Assembly (NCBI GenBank): GCA_015067725.1
Contig: SVLX01000008.1
Location: forward strand, 954 to 64,953
Length of the DNA stretch: 64,000 bases
Source of the DNA: Oscillospiraceae bacterium
GTDB lineage: Bacteria > Bacillota > Clostridia > Oscillospirales > Oscillospiraceae
Direction: 5' to 3'
Translations under genes and position numbers: made by a program
Notes under the pieces: generated by a model
What the model was told of the DNA's origin: nothing
The model's database searches: none
The model's input: only the letters and a program-made list of their open reading frames with translations
Shown here: positions 57,701 to 63,513 of the stretch, one piece after another
Numbering within the stretch: the first letter of the stretch is position 1
Layout of the letters: each line of letters begins with the position of its first letter

Positions 57701-60233
57701 CCGCAGCATTCGCCGCCGCCAGAGCCTTGTCCACGGTCAGGTAAGTGGTGGTGGTTTCGCCCACGGTGACGGCCGCTTCGCAGTCAGCGAGCTTGCCCAC
57801 GGTGACGGTTTCCGTGCCGGTGGTCAGAGCGCCATCAGCAACAGAAACCACAGTATTATTCACCGCATTAAAGTAAGCACAGTTTTCCGCAAGCTGCTTC
57901 AGCACGTCAGTCTCACTGCCACCATTGGCCAGACTGAGACCACCAACGAATGTTCCGCCATAGCAGGTGAGATTCCGGACGGTTCCGGAGGTCTCATTTC
58001 TGCCCAGATAGACGGTTGCGGTAGTGCCACTGAAACTGCCGCCATGGATATCATATCCCTGGTATTCTTCCTTGCCGGTGGCGGAAGTAATGGCATATTC
58101 TCTGCCCGTAAAGATGCCACCGGAAATCTCGACCTTGCCATGACCAAGCGCCAGGGCAGACTTGAAGACCGACGAGCAGCTGCCGCCGGTAATGGACAGC
58201 GCCGCCCCGCCAACAGAGCGGACAGCCGCATCATTGGTGGCAGTAAACATACCGCCTTCAATCTTCACCGTACAATTCGGGCCGCCGGTGGATACGCACC
58301 AGCCCTCGCCCTGCTGCATGACGATGCCTGTGCCGGCATTGTCCTCAATGGTCAAATTGACGGTGCCCGTATCGGTGACCATGATCACGGGGTAGGTCGC
58401 CTGCACGGTGGAGCTGGCTCTGAGCCACTTGCCGTTCAGGTCCAGCGTAAATGTACCGCCGGATACGTTAATGCAGGGGCCATCGGCAAAGTCCACATTC
58501 TGCAGCAGCTTGACGGTGGTCTTGCCGTCGGTGCTGGTGGCCGCGGCATTGATCGCCTCCTGTACGGTGCGATAACCGGTAACCGTCTGGCCATCGGCAG
58601 AGATGAACTGCGCCTCAAGTTGCTGCTCGACCGTCACATCCGTAAAGCCGGTGGACCGGTCATTCAGGTAGCCGGTGAGACGGAAGCCGGTTTTGTCATA
58701 GTAAGCATAACCCTCAGCCAGAACCGCGCCGACGGTGGGGGCACTGTCGGCATTACTGCCGGAGGCGCTGATCTGCAGACCGCCGGGGAAGGTGCCGCCA
58801 TAGATGGTCGTGGTGCCTTCATACGCCTCATCCGCATAGTACTTGATATCGTATTCTACGCCAACGAATTTGCCGCCATAAATGGACAGATTGGCATCAC
58901 GGTAAGCCGCCGTTATCTGTTTGAAGCCGCCATCATAAATCGTCAGAGAGGATCCTCCACTGACCTGAACATCAACCTCGTAATTTCCGCCCCGGATAAC
59001 CAGATCGCTTTGGTTGGCATAAACCGGTCTACCCAGGATAGCACCGGTTTTCTCTGCGCTGCTATCCAGGATTTCCAGAGAACCCGAAGCCAGATAGATG
59101 GTGCTATAATCCCCGCCGGTCAGCTTCTTGCCGTTTAAGTCCAGCTTAATGTCCGCACCTTCCAGCCAGTTAGGGTCATCGCCACCGAGACCATATGTGC
59201 CGGTCAGGGTGCAATCCATCATCATCTTCACCGTGGAGCCGGGCTGGGTCACGGCATAGGCAGCGGCCTGCTGCAAGTCAGCAAAGTCCTTGGTCTCGCC
59301 GCCGGTGGTGGTGACGGTGGCCGCCACAATACGCTTCACCACGACCGTATCCGTGCCGGTGGTCAGCGCACCGTCCTCCACAGGCAAGCGCTCTCCGTCA
59401 TTAGTAAAAAATCCATGGTCCTCTGCCAGCAAATCCAGAACATCATTCACCGTGGAGGTATTGCCATACGGGTTGTCAATTTTCAACTGCAATCCACCGG
59501 GGAAAACGCCGCCGGAGATATCAACAGAACCAACGAAAGCATCCATATCATCGCCAGAGGAGATAGAGATTTCAACATCAGCAACAGAACCCTGCACCGA
59601 TCCGCCCTTGATCGCCAGGACACCAGCCTCACGAGCCGAAACAGCCACGCCGGCAGTATTTACCAGCGTGCCGCCCAGGATCGTCACATGACCGGGATCC
59701 CTGGGGTAACCGCAATCAATAAGCTTGGAGCCAGACCCGGTCAGCTTGCCGGTCTGGGCATCACTGGTATCGTCAATAATCAGGTTATTGACCATATTGT
59801 AGCTTCCGCTGCAAACATCAATGTAGTCCGAACCCAGATCCAGGGTGTAACCGCTAAGGTCGATTGTCACAGGCTCATAAAGAGAGTCACCCCGCCAATC
59901 TGTGCTCTGCAGCAGCTTGATGGTAGAGCCAGGATTCTCCTGGGCATAAACCATCGCATCACCAAATGTGGCATAGGTCGTCGTCTCGCCACCGGTGGTG
60001 GTGACGGATGCCACATCGCCCTCGGCCTTGGGATTCACCTGGGCCGGGGGTACTTCTTCGGGAGTTTCTTCCTCAGTGGGTGTTTCCACCTGAGGTGCTT
60101 GCGTGGACTCAGCCACGGTGGTGGTCTGCCCCTCGCCGGTGGCGAAGACAGAGCCAGGCATCAGACCCATGAGCATGGCCACAATCAGCAACATACTCAG
60201 GAATCTCTTGCCGGAGAAGGTCGTAGAGTTCAT
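45708..60233 (-). CDS. Giant (4841 aa) secreted, SLH-anchored repetitive surface protein (putative adhesin)
   Basis: Signal peptide MNSTTFSGKRFLSMLLIVAMLMGLMPGSVFA; nine tandem ~210-270-aa modules each opening V..VT..GG.T..Y..F..A..YA....ST.KL.Q and rich in (I/L)YGG(T/K)F turns; many YDGT/TYGE (MBG-like) and Ig-like units; three C-terminal SLH domains. Confidence 0.9.
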   Translation of the reverse strand: MNSTTFSGKRFLSMLLIVAMLMGLMPGSVFATGEGQTTTVAESTQAPQVETPTEEETPEEVPPAQVNPKAEGDVASVTTTGGETTTYATFGDAMVYAQENPGSTIKLLQSTDWRGDSLYEPVTIDLSGYTLDLGSDYIDVCSGSYNMVNNLIIDDTSDAQTGKLTGSGSKLIDCGYPRDPGHVTILGGTLVNTAGVAVSAREAGVLAIKGGSVQGSVADVEISISSGDDMDAFVGSVDISGGVFPGGLQLKIDNPYGNTSTVNDVLDLLAEDHGFFTNDGERLPVEDGALTTGTDTVVVKRIVAATVTTTGGETKDFADLQQAAAYAVTQPGSTVKMMMDCTLTGTYGLGGDDPNWLEGADIKLDLNGKKLTGGDYSTIYLASGSLEILDSSAEKTGAILGRPVYANQSDLVIRGGNYEVDVQVSGGSSLTIYDGGFKQITAAYRDANLSIYGGKFVGVEYDIKYYADEAYEGTTTIYGGTFPGGLQISASGSNADSAPTVGAVLAEGYAYYDKTGFRLTGYLNDRSTGFTDVTVEQQLEAQFISADGQTVTGYRTVQEAINAAATSTDGKTTVKLLQNVDFADGPCINVSGGTFTLDLNGKWLRASSTVQATYPVIMVTDTGTVNLTIEDNAGTGIVMQQGEGWCVSTGGPNCTVKIEGGMFTATNDAAVRSVGGAALSITGGSCSSVFKSALALGHGKVEISGGIFTGREYAITSATGKEEYQGYDIHGGSFSGTTATVYLGRNETSGTVRNLTCYGGTFVGGLSLANGGSETDVLKQLAENCAYFNAVNNTVVSVADGALTTGTETVTVGKLADCEAAVTVGETTTTYLTVDKALAAANAAVATGSYTHEQITLKILKDCSFREESVEDNAEVHLDGFTLDLNGCTLSHTLGGDAEISIYVTEEHTMVITDTSAEGDGRLYCSGWYSVLRTATVDLYGGTLEQTLDRSVALSGATLNIYGGTLTGFVEVAGTLNVYGGTFTADRDLRMTGAGSATLYGGTFVNGIQEVFDNDITACLAPGHVFVDENGFVVTGDAVKTTTVTVKSCVATVAAGGVTTVYDSFNAAMDYAKTQSSATVKLMQNVDSQRYELDVKCDITLDLNGFTLAMDSTGCLALSSYGSGTGAKLTITDTSETGSGILTSADARTILAQYYSTLIIAGGTVTNTSDDNSAVAVEMQWGSALQVTGGTIQGVNQDIGIQALYVLFEGSVDISGGTFPGGLQMRLRLHSHYTSTEHTVNDLLAEGYSFFSEAGTVVTVADDAMTTGTDTVTVGKLADCEASLTVGETTTTYLTVDKALAAANAAVATGSYTHEQITLKLLKDASFRSESVEWSSAVRLTVYLNGFTLDLNGYTLRHTTTSGTALCYLCTSSGYTTVITDSSPEGKGRLMTLRDYRVEGTVNLLNGEVTTQDADNYAFGVDGSLNIYGGTVGSRLRGDTGQINIYGGTFTNSYDIEWTTSLCQIAAYGGTFPGGIRVRGRTTNAESVLAPDHVFVDENGDVVTGEALKTTTVTVKNPVAIVTTAGGVTTTYDSLQVAVDYAATQTNSTVKMMQDVDQGRGSLSINGGTFTLDLNGKTLKSTDQYFNSTIEFYYQVKTNLTIRDSSATETTPGTGAVISNSRFPAVESQKQDTLTIYGGYFYSSDESAIDCTSATLTIYGGTFEAPATTAVRLGEGAATIYGGTFTGYYALSTNLSNPQYQGYHIYGGTFNGTNADLNIGGNSSTKTPRNFTLHGGTFPGGLTVRDWANYAVKATAATQLAEGCAYFTEAGTLVTVADDAMTTGTETVTVGKLSDCEASVTVGETTTVYLKLTDALTAAQASNGSTLKLLKDIVTDGTTDIESGTFTFDLNGKTVSYSGWRNGMFSLRNCNLTVTDSSEAQTGTFDMDCTSDSGCNIFWLRDSGSMVILGGHFKGRFIQNTSNFPIEIKGGTFYGDTHKNGCDIADTGGFPMNVTITGGTFIGGLQVDSWKNVTVDQIVADGYGFAEVGTNVYIPDTAYSGATSTGTQDVYVSNVVATVTTGGVTTVYDDFRTAMNYAQSQSGSTLTLMQNVDGYYDMLMCVMTIDLNGYTLDMGNVNLDVGATQPGLTCHLTITDTSEAQTGVFTTNNEYLVCVSGVGASAGKLTILGGTLVCSGGNIYKSAVNLVGDGCLEMKGGSLQGSSVDICIDNRSSTFAGTIVISGGTFPGGLQIGKSNAQKSDLPTVTQILAEGCAYFTEDGTPVFPAADALTTGTETVTVRKQVAMSIALDKELYYKDDGTIKVTITTQQKELSGWLYIYIDGQKIDEESYAVSGGRQPLTNGKVYTKSLFNINPGDHEIYLQFVPDDSTIAEGQSNTVAFSVEKIPNENLHKHFYNGEFKTTYDGTVKAADIRSIYDSGSNSFYLAPESYTLTYWQGETQVAEPVNVGTYTVKLTMPENDYYQAATDYEMGTLVIEQAVLTLDLLDYTVPENGTYSGEAFVATAAMKSGITGYGELKVEYIEEREIQRTTTAPVTTGTYHVFVTVTGGGNVMAGEVALGQFTIEKYWCEHEFRLYRNGEPWLWKQPDSQFAVYEDKTEVEVQFNYPKKGVVPQDLVQFRLYKTVDGNKTEEAFNVSAELDENATAIVEFQVGAGTYAVEVEFGFDDNYYHSGRVWTLEDFVIAPKPVTLTPSGLEQVYDGKSKTITFTNSTQNLGMEDFTVTYYQVNENMGTISKVNRAVSIGRYLYVVELKDEHKENYRFANPITIDGDTLPEGTFDNAGFMDIVAGLPEAQEPIYFTEGAVTVYLVDGTYSGNTLVNPNNTVPTYTSSNESVAEVAADGTVTLKRTGTVTIFATSEKEGTTPVRASYTLTIEKKDATITVNGLTTTYGEPFTLTADLLTVTGCQLSDLDLTDLTYTGYTVGQGVGTYYITPAGITSEAYDLTFVAGTLTVQPRAIDASAITVTAASKVYDGTTAAELTATLPEGAVLSGDKVTVTAEGAYTAATAGTVEAAITALTLEGKDSGNYVLTGTAPTTAQGEIRKATVTFTTESRTFTYDGTAKALDIVAKTNNGLTAEYTVQYNAEPVLPGTYTVTVTLTDTVNYTADVTGLEGKTLTITAAKQQSFTVSGLEDGIRYGDTKILTAEGAEGTVTFTIEEGTAATVTESGELTAVGTGKVVILATSVKEGFEDKTVKVTVTVGKRLITASVESVTDRPYDGTTDVTATVVLNGIINNDTVSVTNVAEIQTPDVGNNKSVTITIGELTGEDASLYELTTETLRGKVTITARAIDASAITVTAEGKIYDATTTAKLTATLPKGAVLEGDQVTITAEGAYISANAGTTEVTVTALTLGGNDARNYMLTGTAPATATGEIAKATATFTTASKTVSYDGYEKVLEINVKTNNGLTADYTVTYSTADGANPVLPGTYTVTVTLTDAVNYTADVTGLEGKTLTITAAKQQSFTVSGLEDGIRYGDTKILTAEGAEGEVTFEIIEGTAATVTESGELTAVGTGKVVILATSVKEGFEDKVVKVTVTVGKRLITASLESVTDRVYNGSTVVDATVKLENTIPEDDVTVSGIIAEMMTPGVGENKTVSITVSGLSGTKADFYELTNTTLRGTVNIAPRTVEAIAFTVSDKVYDGTTDAEVVNITLTGILGSDQVTATAKVSFQDASAGENKTVRLVDVALTGADARNYRIADTTAVTVNTPTIHKAVVTVFCPETTTYTYDGTAKAVYVSALANGKAFNGYTVSYMLDGVAAEPVNVGTYTMVITLNDAVNYELAPYTGKLVIEPATQDEATMEGIPDRVYYGDDFTVTVPGTSGSVSYEITGAATMDENGKVTAKDVGTITIKATITMANYKDQVITRTFTAYPRVLTATATAANRTYNGKNDVEVTISLSNVVTGDNVTATAQGQMATSDAGTDKLVYVTGITLSDNVHYTLENTNLQTTVDIARIVINSITATAQDKIYDGTDEAAVTVTGSSDILSGDEVTITATGRFASANAGKHTVTVTPTAITGPKAQNYRLASGLTGTAQAEILPATVIFEVGTASFIYDGKVKAVEVTAELNGKSFTGFTVSYAPAEPVNVGTYTVTVTLNDSRNYVGAPEAFTMEILPADQEKLVIAGMPGVVDYGRVFTLTTNAHELATVTWSSSDETIATVDENGNVTVHDVDTEVTITATSSMANHNDATATVTFTPVAKQVSFRLGNLITTYDGTVQGITVEPSVEGLTDYSVTYTDERGRVVEPLDAGIYQVEVKTTGNKYSGYVLDTFTIKKGTLAGILTVEDWTYGETANEPVFNMSVEGLRPEFTYAGTGLKDGKPHGAGQYTVTATFADRNHETLVLTADFEIHKAALTVTAGDATRTYGEANPAFNLSYSGFVYGEGEQDLLVAPTATTTAATASDVGEYTIAVSGGRSENYVFSYVSGKLTIVPAEGTLTITGNSHQVTVGQTMYLQAHLNGFRPNVIWSSSDENVAVVDENGKVAIVGAGSATITAKLNERNFVADDATFLLETTRKAISLLPKTTVFTYNGMVQNVEFLSTDGFTPVVGENVKVTYTLTTSSEEVELRNAGTYVATYIIDDPAYAGGGTFMVYMNKASRTLRPADLEKTYGEANPAFTIDPNGLLGDDVTDEAYIARVNAMFVFTCEANDKSLEGTYPITMALAEGHSLTEDQNYDFTIAAEPGNLIIRSITGSETCPSAHFTDLNPNAWYHEAVDYVVGHGLMNGVSDTLFAPQSSATRGMIVTILYRLEGEPEMGENVFTDVADGAWYADAIAWANANGIVLGYGDDTFRPNQAITREEMALIMYRYAAFKGCDTHQGADLSGYSDAQTVSPWAKDAMAWANAAGLIQGRTETTLAPKGTATRVELATILMRLIENIL
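45711..46262 (-). other. Region encoding three SLH (S-layer homology) domains
   Basis: FTDLNPNAWYHEAVDYVVGHGLMNG; FTDVADGAWYADAIAWANANGIVLG; YSDAQTVSPWAKDAMAWANAAGLIQG. Confidence 0.85.
49701..51098. repeat. Intragenic 1011-bp-period duplication; near-identical 387-bp cores at 49701-50087 and 50712-51098
   Basis: Antisense track ORFs 49705-49935 and 50716-50946 are nearly identical; protein segments TITAAKQQSFTVSGLEDGIRYGDTKILTAEGAEG... occur twice. Confidence 0.85.
56274..57826. repeat. Intragenic duplicated 167-bp cores (56274-56440 and 57660-57826, offset 1386 bp), with a third partial copy near 54822-54958
   Basis: cttcagggtaatctgctcatgggtgtagct...gcttgcccacggtgacgg repeated; encodes VGKLADCEA..TVGETTTTYLTVDKALAAANAAVATGSYTHEQITLK. 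Confidence 0.8.
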
Positions 60234-60281
60234 ATTTTGTCCTCCAATTCTTGTAGGTCTTCCTACAGTCTTTCATGGTAA

Positions 60282-60310
60282 AGCATAGCACAAAATCCCT
60301 TCAAAATCAA
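60282..60310 (-). promoter_or_regulatory. Sigma-A-type promoter for the giant surface-protein gene
   Basis: Minus strand TTGATT (60310-60305), 17-nt spacer ending TTGTGc (TRTG extended -10), TATGCT (60287-60282). Confidence 0.5.
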
Positions 60311-60351
60311 TGGGTCTTGCACGAATGGGCAGAAATCCTGCGTGAATGGGT
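60304..60351 (-). promoter_or_regulatory. Three direct repeats (LytTR-box-like) between the divergent promoters
   Basis: Minus strand ACCCATTCACGC (60351-60340), GCCCATTCGTGC (60330-60319), ACCCATTGATTT (60315-60304); the first two are 21 bp apart. Confidence 0.5.
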
Positions 60352-60363
60352 AAGCCGGGGCAA

Positions 60364-60392
60364 TTGACAGCACCCAAAATTGCTGATATGAT
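60364..60392 (+). promoter_or_regulatory. Sigma-A-type promoter for the sensor kinase gene
   Basis: TTGACA 60364-60369, 17-nt spacer, TATGAT 60387-60392. Confidence 0.55.
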
Positions 60393-60405
60393 GTAAGTAA
60401 GATAG

Positions 60406-62328
60406 ATGGTAGATTACGATGAGGAGGTTTTGCAGTTGAAGAACATCCCCACCATTCTGAACGTATCCCTTGTCCTTGCGATTTGCATCGTGTTTGGCGC
60501 TGTCCTCATGATGTACGCCCCGCCCATGGAGGATATTTCCCTTGACCTCTCCCTGGGAACACAGGAAGAAATGCTGGAGACCCCCACCGAATATGACGAA
60601 AAGGGCTGGACGGTCTATACCCAAACCGGCGAGACCCAGACCCCCCTGACCCCCGATGGCTTCGGCGGCTATACCGGGCTGGAGCTGGGGCAGACCTTCT
60701 ATTTTTCCCGGGTCATGACGGAGGATTTGGACAGCCCCACTTTGCAGCTTGCTGTCATTGACCGGAATTATGCCGTCTGGCTGGACGACACCCTGATTTA
60801 CACCGACTGCCCGGAGCTGGACAACCGGGTGGGCCACCTGAATCTCCCCATGCGGGGCTGGGATCGGCAAGAACCCATCAATATCTCTCTGCCTGTCAGC
60901 TATCTGGGAAAAACCCTGACCATTGCCCAGTCCTCTCCGCCCTATACCGAGACCGGTTCAGTCCGGGTCTGGCCTGCGGAAACCCGGTTATACTGCGGCT
61001 ATGCCTACGAAAGCGGGCTGATCTCCGAGAGTTTTACCCTGGCCATCACTGCGGCGCTGACCTATCTGGTGGGCGTGGGGTTGCTCATTGTCTTCCTCCG
61101 CAGTCGGGATTGGCGAATGGTCTGTCTGGCGGTCATGGTCTTCCTGTGGATGAGTCTCCGGCTGGTGGATGCCTCCTTCTTCTGGACCTATTATGGCACA
61201 TACACCAGCACCCCTCTGCAGATGATGCGGGAGGTCATCTGGTGCATGATGCTGGTCTATCTGGCATCCCGGGGCGGCGCGCACCGGAGGATTCTCTGGG
61301 GCATCTCCGGGGCATATGGGCTGTCTGTTGTGGTGTCTGCGGTGTTGTTTGTGATTCACCCCACCTTTGAGGTCAGCCAGTCCTTCCTCACCTTTATTGC
61401 CAACCAGTTGCCCTCCTGGCTGGGGCTTCTGGGTGCGGTGTGCCTGCTGGTGCTGGCTGTGGTGTTCTGGCGAAAAGAGGGCGGATTCTACCGGGCATTC
61501 TCTCTTTTGGTGGTGCCGGCAATCGTGCTGAGCTGGCTGGCGGTTGTCCTGTTCGTCAATGGGAAAGCCACAGGCGAACTGCTCATCAGTGCCCTACGCA
61601 GCGGCAGCAGCACCTATCTTCTTTACCATACCATTCCCGGCATTTTGGTTACCGCACTGCTGCTGACCATTGCAGAGAAAATCCGGGCAGAGATTCGCCG
61701 CCACACCGACAAACGGCTCTTGGAGGAGCACCAGGCACTGGCGTTGCTGAGTTATCAGAATATGCGCCGTCAGCACGAGGAAGTGATGATTCTCCGCCAT
61801 GACATGACCCGGCACTTTACCGCCCTGAGAAATCTGAGCGCAGAGCCCGGTGTGCAGTCCTATCTGGATGAGCTTATCGGTCAGGCACAGCAGATCCGCC
61901 CGGTGGTGCAAAGTGGCAATTCCATGCTGGACATTCTGCTCAATGGAAAACTGTCTCTGGCCGCAGACAGGGGCATTCAGGTGGAGGTCGTCAGAGCCGA
62001 AGCCCCGGAGAAACTGCCCCTGTCGGACAAGGTGCTTTGCTCTCTGGTGCTGAATATTCTGGACAACGCCATTGCCGCCGCCGTTTCCGAGGCCCGGCCC
62101 CCTTTCATCCGGCTGGATGTCCATATGCGGGGGAATTTCCTGGTGATGATTTGCGAAAACTCCGCCATCCCTCAGCCGGAAAATGCCCAGAAAAAAGACG
62201 AAACCGTGCCGAAGCACGGTTTGGGTCTGAAGATTATTGCCTCCGTCGTGGAGCAGTATAACGGGGTCATGGATGCGGAGCACACCGGAAGTAGCTATCG
62301 GATTCAGGTGGCTCTCCCCCTGCACTAA
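60406..62328 (+). CDS. Sensor histidine kinase: extracellular domain + 7 TM (7TMR-DISM-like) + AgrC/LytS-type GHKL kinase
   Basis: H-box ILRHDMTRHFTAL; N-box LVLNILDNAIAA; G-box HGLGLKIIASVVEQYNG; seven hydrophobic helices after a ~180-aa outside domain. In-frame TTG 60436 with GAGGAGG RBS is a likelier start than ATG 60406. Confidence 0.85.
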   Translation: MVDYDEEVLQLKNIPTILNVSLVLAICIVFGAVLMMYAPPMEDISLDLSLGTQEEMLETPTEYDEKGWTVYTQTGETQTPLTPDGFGGYTGLELGQTFYFSRVMTEDLDSPTLQLAVIDRNYAVWLDDTLIYTDCPELDNRVGHLNLPMRGWDRQEPINISLPVSYLGKTLTIAQSSPPYTETGSVRVWPAETRLYCGYAYESGLISESFTLAITAALTYLVGVGLLIVFLRSRDWRMVCLAVMVFLWMSLRLVDASFFWTYYGTYTSTPLQMMREVIWCMMLVYLASRGGAHRRILWGISGAYGLSVVVSAVLFVIHPTFEVSQSFLTFIANQLPSWLGLLGAVCLLVLAVVFWRKEGGFYRAFSLLVVPAIVLSWLAVVLFVNGKATGELLISALRSGSSTYLLYHTIPGILVTALLLTIAEKIRAEIRRHTDKRLLEEHQALALLSYQNMRRQHEEVMILRHDMTRHFTALRNLSAEPGVQSYLDELIGQAQQIRPVVQSGNSMLDILLNGKLSLAADRGIQVEVVRAEAPEKLPLSDKVLCSLVLNILDNAIAAAVSEARPPFIRLDVHMRGNFLVMICENSAIPQPENAQKKDETVPKHGLGLKIIASVVEQYNGVMDAEHTGSSYRIQVALPLH

Positions 62329-63077
62329 CCGGCCAGATACGCCATAAATTTCCGGTTGACCTCCATACTGCGGTGCTTGCTGATGGGCACATGGAATCCG
62401 GAGGTCATCTGGAAAGCATTGGGATGAATCCGCTGCACCAGTGCCATATTCACCACATAAGAGCGGTGGCACTGGATGAAGGCGGGCTCAGGCAACATGG
62501 TCAGCACCTCGCTGAATTTCAGCCGGGTATCCACAATGCCCTCTTTTAGGGCAAATCTGGTACCCCGGTCGTAAGCCTCAACATAAAGAATATCCGAAAG
62601 AGAAATCCTGTGCTGACCGGAATCGGTTGGGAGCAGGATTTCTTTTTTCTCCTGCCACTTTTCCTGCCAGAACCGGTGGCAGTACAGCAGGGCCTCTTTC
62701 AGTTTTTTTGCATCCAGCGGCTTGGCCAAAAACCGGACGGCGGCGACCTCATAGCCGCAGAGGGCCATCTCCCGGTTGCTGGAGACAAACACCACACAAG
62801 CCTCATGCCGGCGCTGTTGCAAAATCCGGGCCAGCTCCATTCCGCTGAGCCCATCCATCATCACATCCAGCAGAAGGACGTGGAATTGCTCGCCGGCGTT
62901 AATGGCCTCCAGCAGGGCCCCGGCGCTGTCATATTTGACCATATAGTGGCCGATATGCTCCGCTCTGAGGATATCCTCAGTCTGCCGGGTAATCCACAGC
63001 CGCTCAGACTCCGTATCGTCGCACACGGCAAGCCGCAGGTCCATGGCATTGGGCACAGGCTCACTTCCTTTCATCAA
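62325..63077 (-). CDS. LytTR-family response regulator
   Basis: Receiver LAVCDDTESE...LLLDVMMDGLSGMELA; LytTR domain ILYVEAYDRGTRFAL...IQCHRSYVVN; start uncertain (TTG 63077, ATG 63074, or ATG 63044 giving MDLRLAVCDD). Confidence 0.88.
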   Translation of the reverse strand: MMKGSEPVPNAMDLRLAVCDDTESERLWITRQTEDILRAEHIGHYMVKYDSAGALLEAINAGEQFHVLLLDVMMDGLSGMELARILQQRRHEACVVFVSSNREMALCGYEVAAVRFLAKPLDAKKLKEALLYCHRFWQEKWQEKKEILLPTDSGQHRISLSDILYVEAYDRGTRFALKEGIVDTRLKFSEVLTMLPEPAFIQCHRSYVVNMALVQRIHPNAFQMTSGFHVPISKHRSMEVNRKFMAYLAG

Positions 63078-63435
63078 TCGGCAGAGAATCCATGGGGATT
63101 GGCTACAGCCTTGTCGGTTTGGATTGATGTTCTCCCTCTTGGGGTATTGGGGAGAAGGTTATGGCTACATTGTACTCCTCCCGGGGGGATAAGTCAATCT
63201 TTTTTGGGTGGTCTTAAGCGAATTTCCGGGAGAAACATGGGGCTGAGTTTGATTTTTTCGGGGTTAATAATGGCGTGTCGAATGACATTTTCATGGAAAC
63301 TCAGTGGTTTTTGGCATAAATTATTGCTGTCTTGGTTTTGTGCAGTGTTGCGGATTTGGGGTGAATGGGAAAATTTTCCAGAACTGTCCATTTCTCCCTT
63401 TTGTGCAGAAACCCCTTTACACACCCGTTCTACAG

Positions 63436-63482
63436 TCAAAAACATCGCCCCTCCAAATCCGGAGGAGCGATGTCTTATTTTT
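63436..63482. terminator. Bidirectional Rho-independent terminator downstream of glnS
   Basis: catcgcccctcc-aaat-ccggaggagcgatg hairpin 63443-63472, flanked by aaaaa (5') and tcttattttta (3'). Confidence 0.7.
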
Positions 63483-63513
63483 ATATCATCCAAGAGAGCC
63501 CTGGGAAAACCGT

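Noticed and set aside
63161-63217. An 18-codon ORF (MATLYSSRGDKSIFFGWS) near the LytTR two-component system, considered as a possible autoinducing-peptide precursor
   Set aside because: There is no AgrB-like processing gene; the kinase has a large extracellular domain rather than an AgrC-type peptide sensor; the RBS spacing is short; and nothing distinguishes it from a chance ORF.
63194-63493. A 99-aa minus-strand ORF between glnS and the response regulator
   Set aside because: It starts inside the glnS terminator hairpin, has no RBS, and has a low-complexity translation without motifs.
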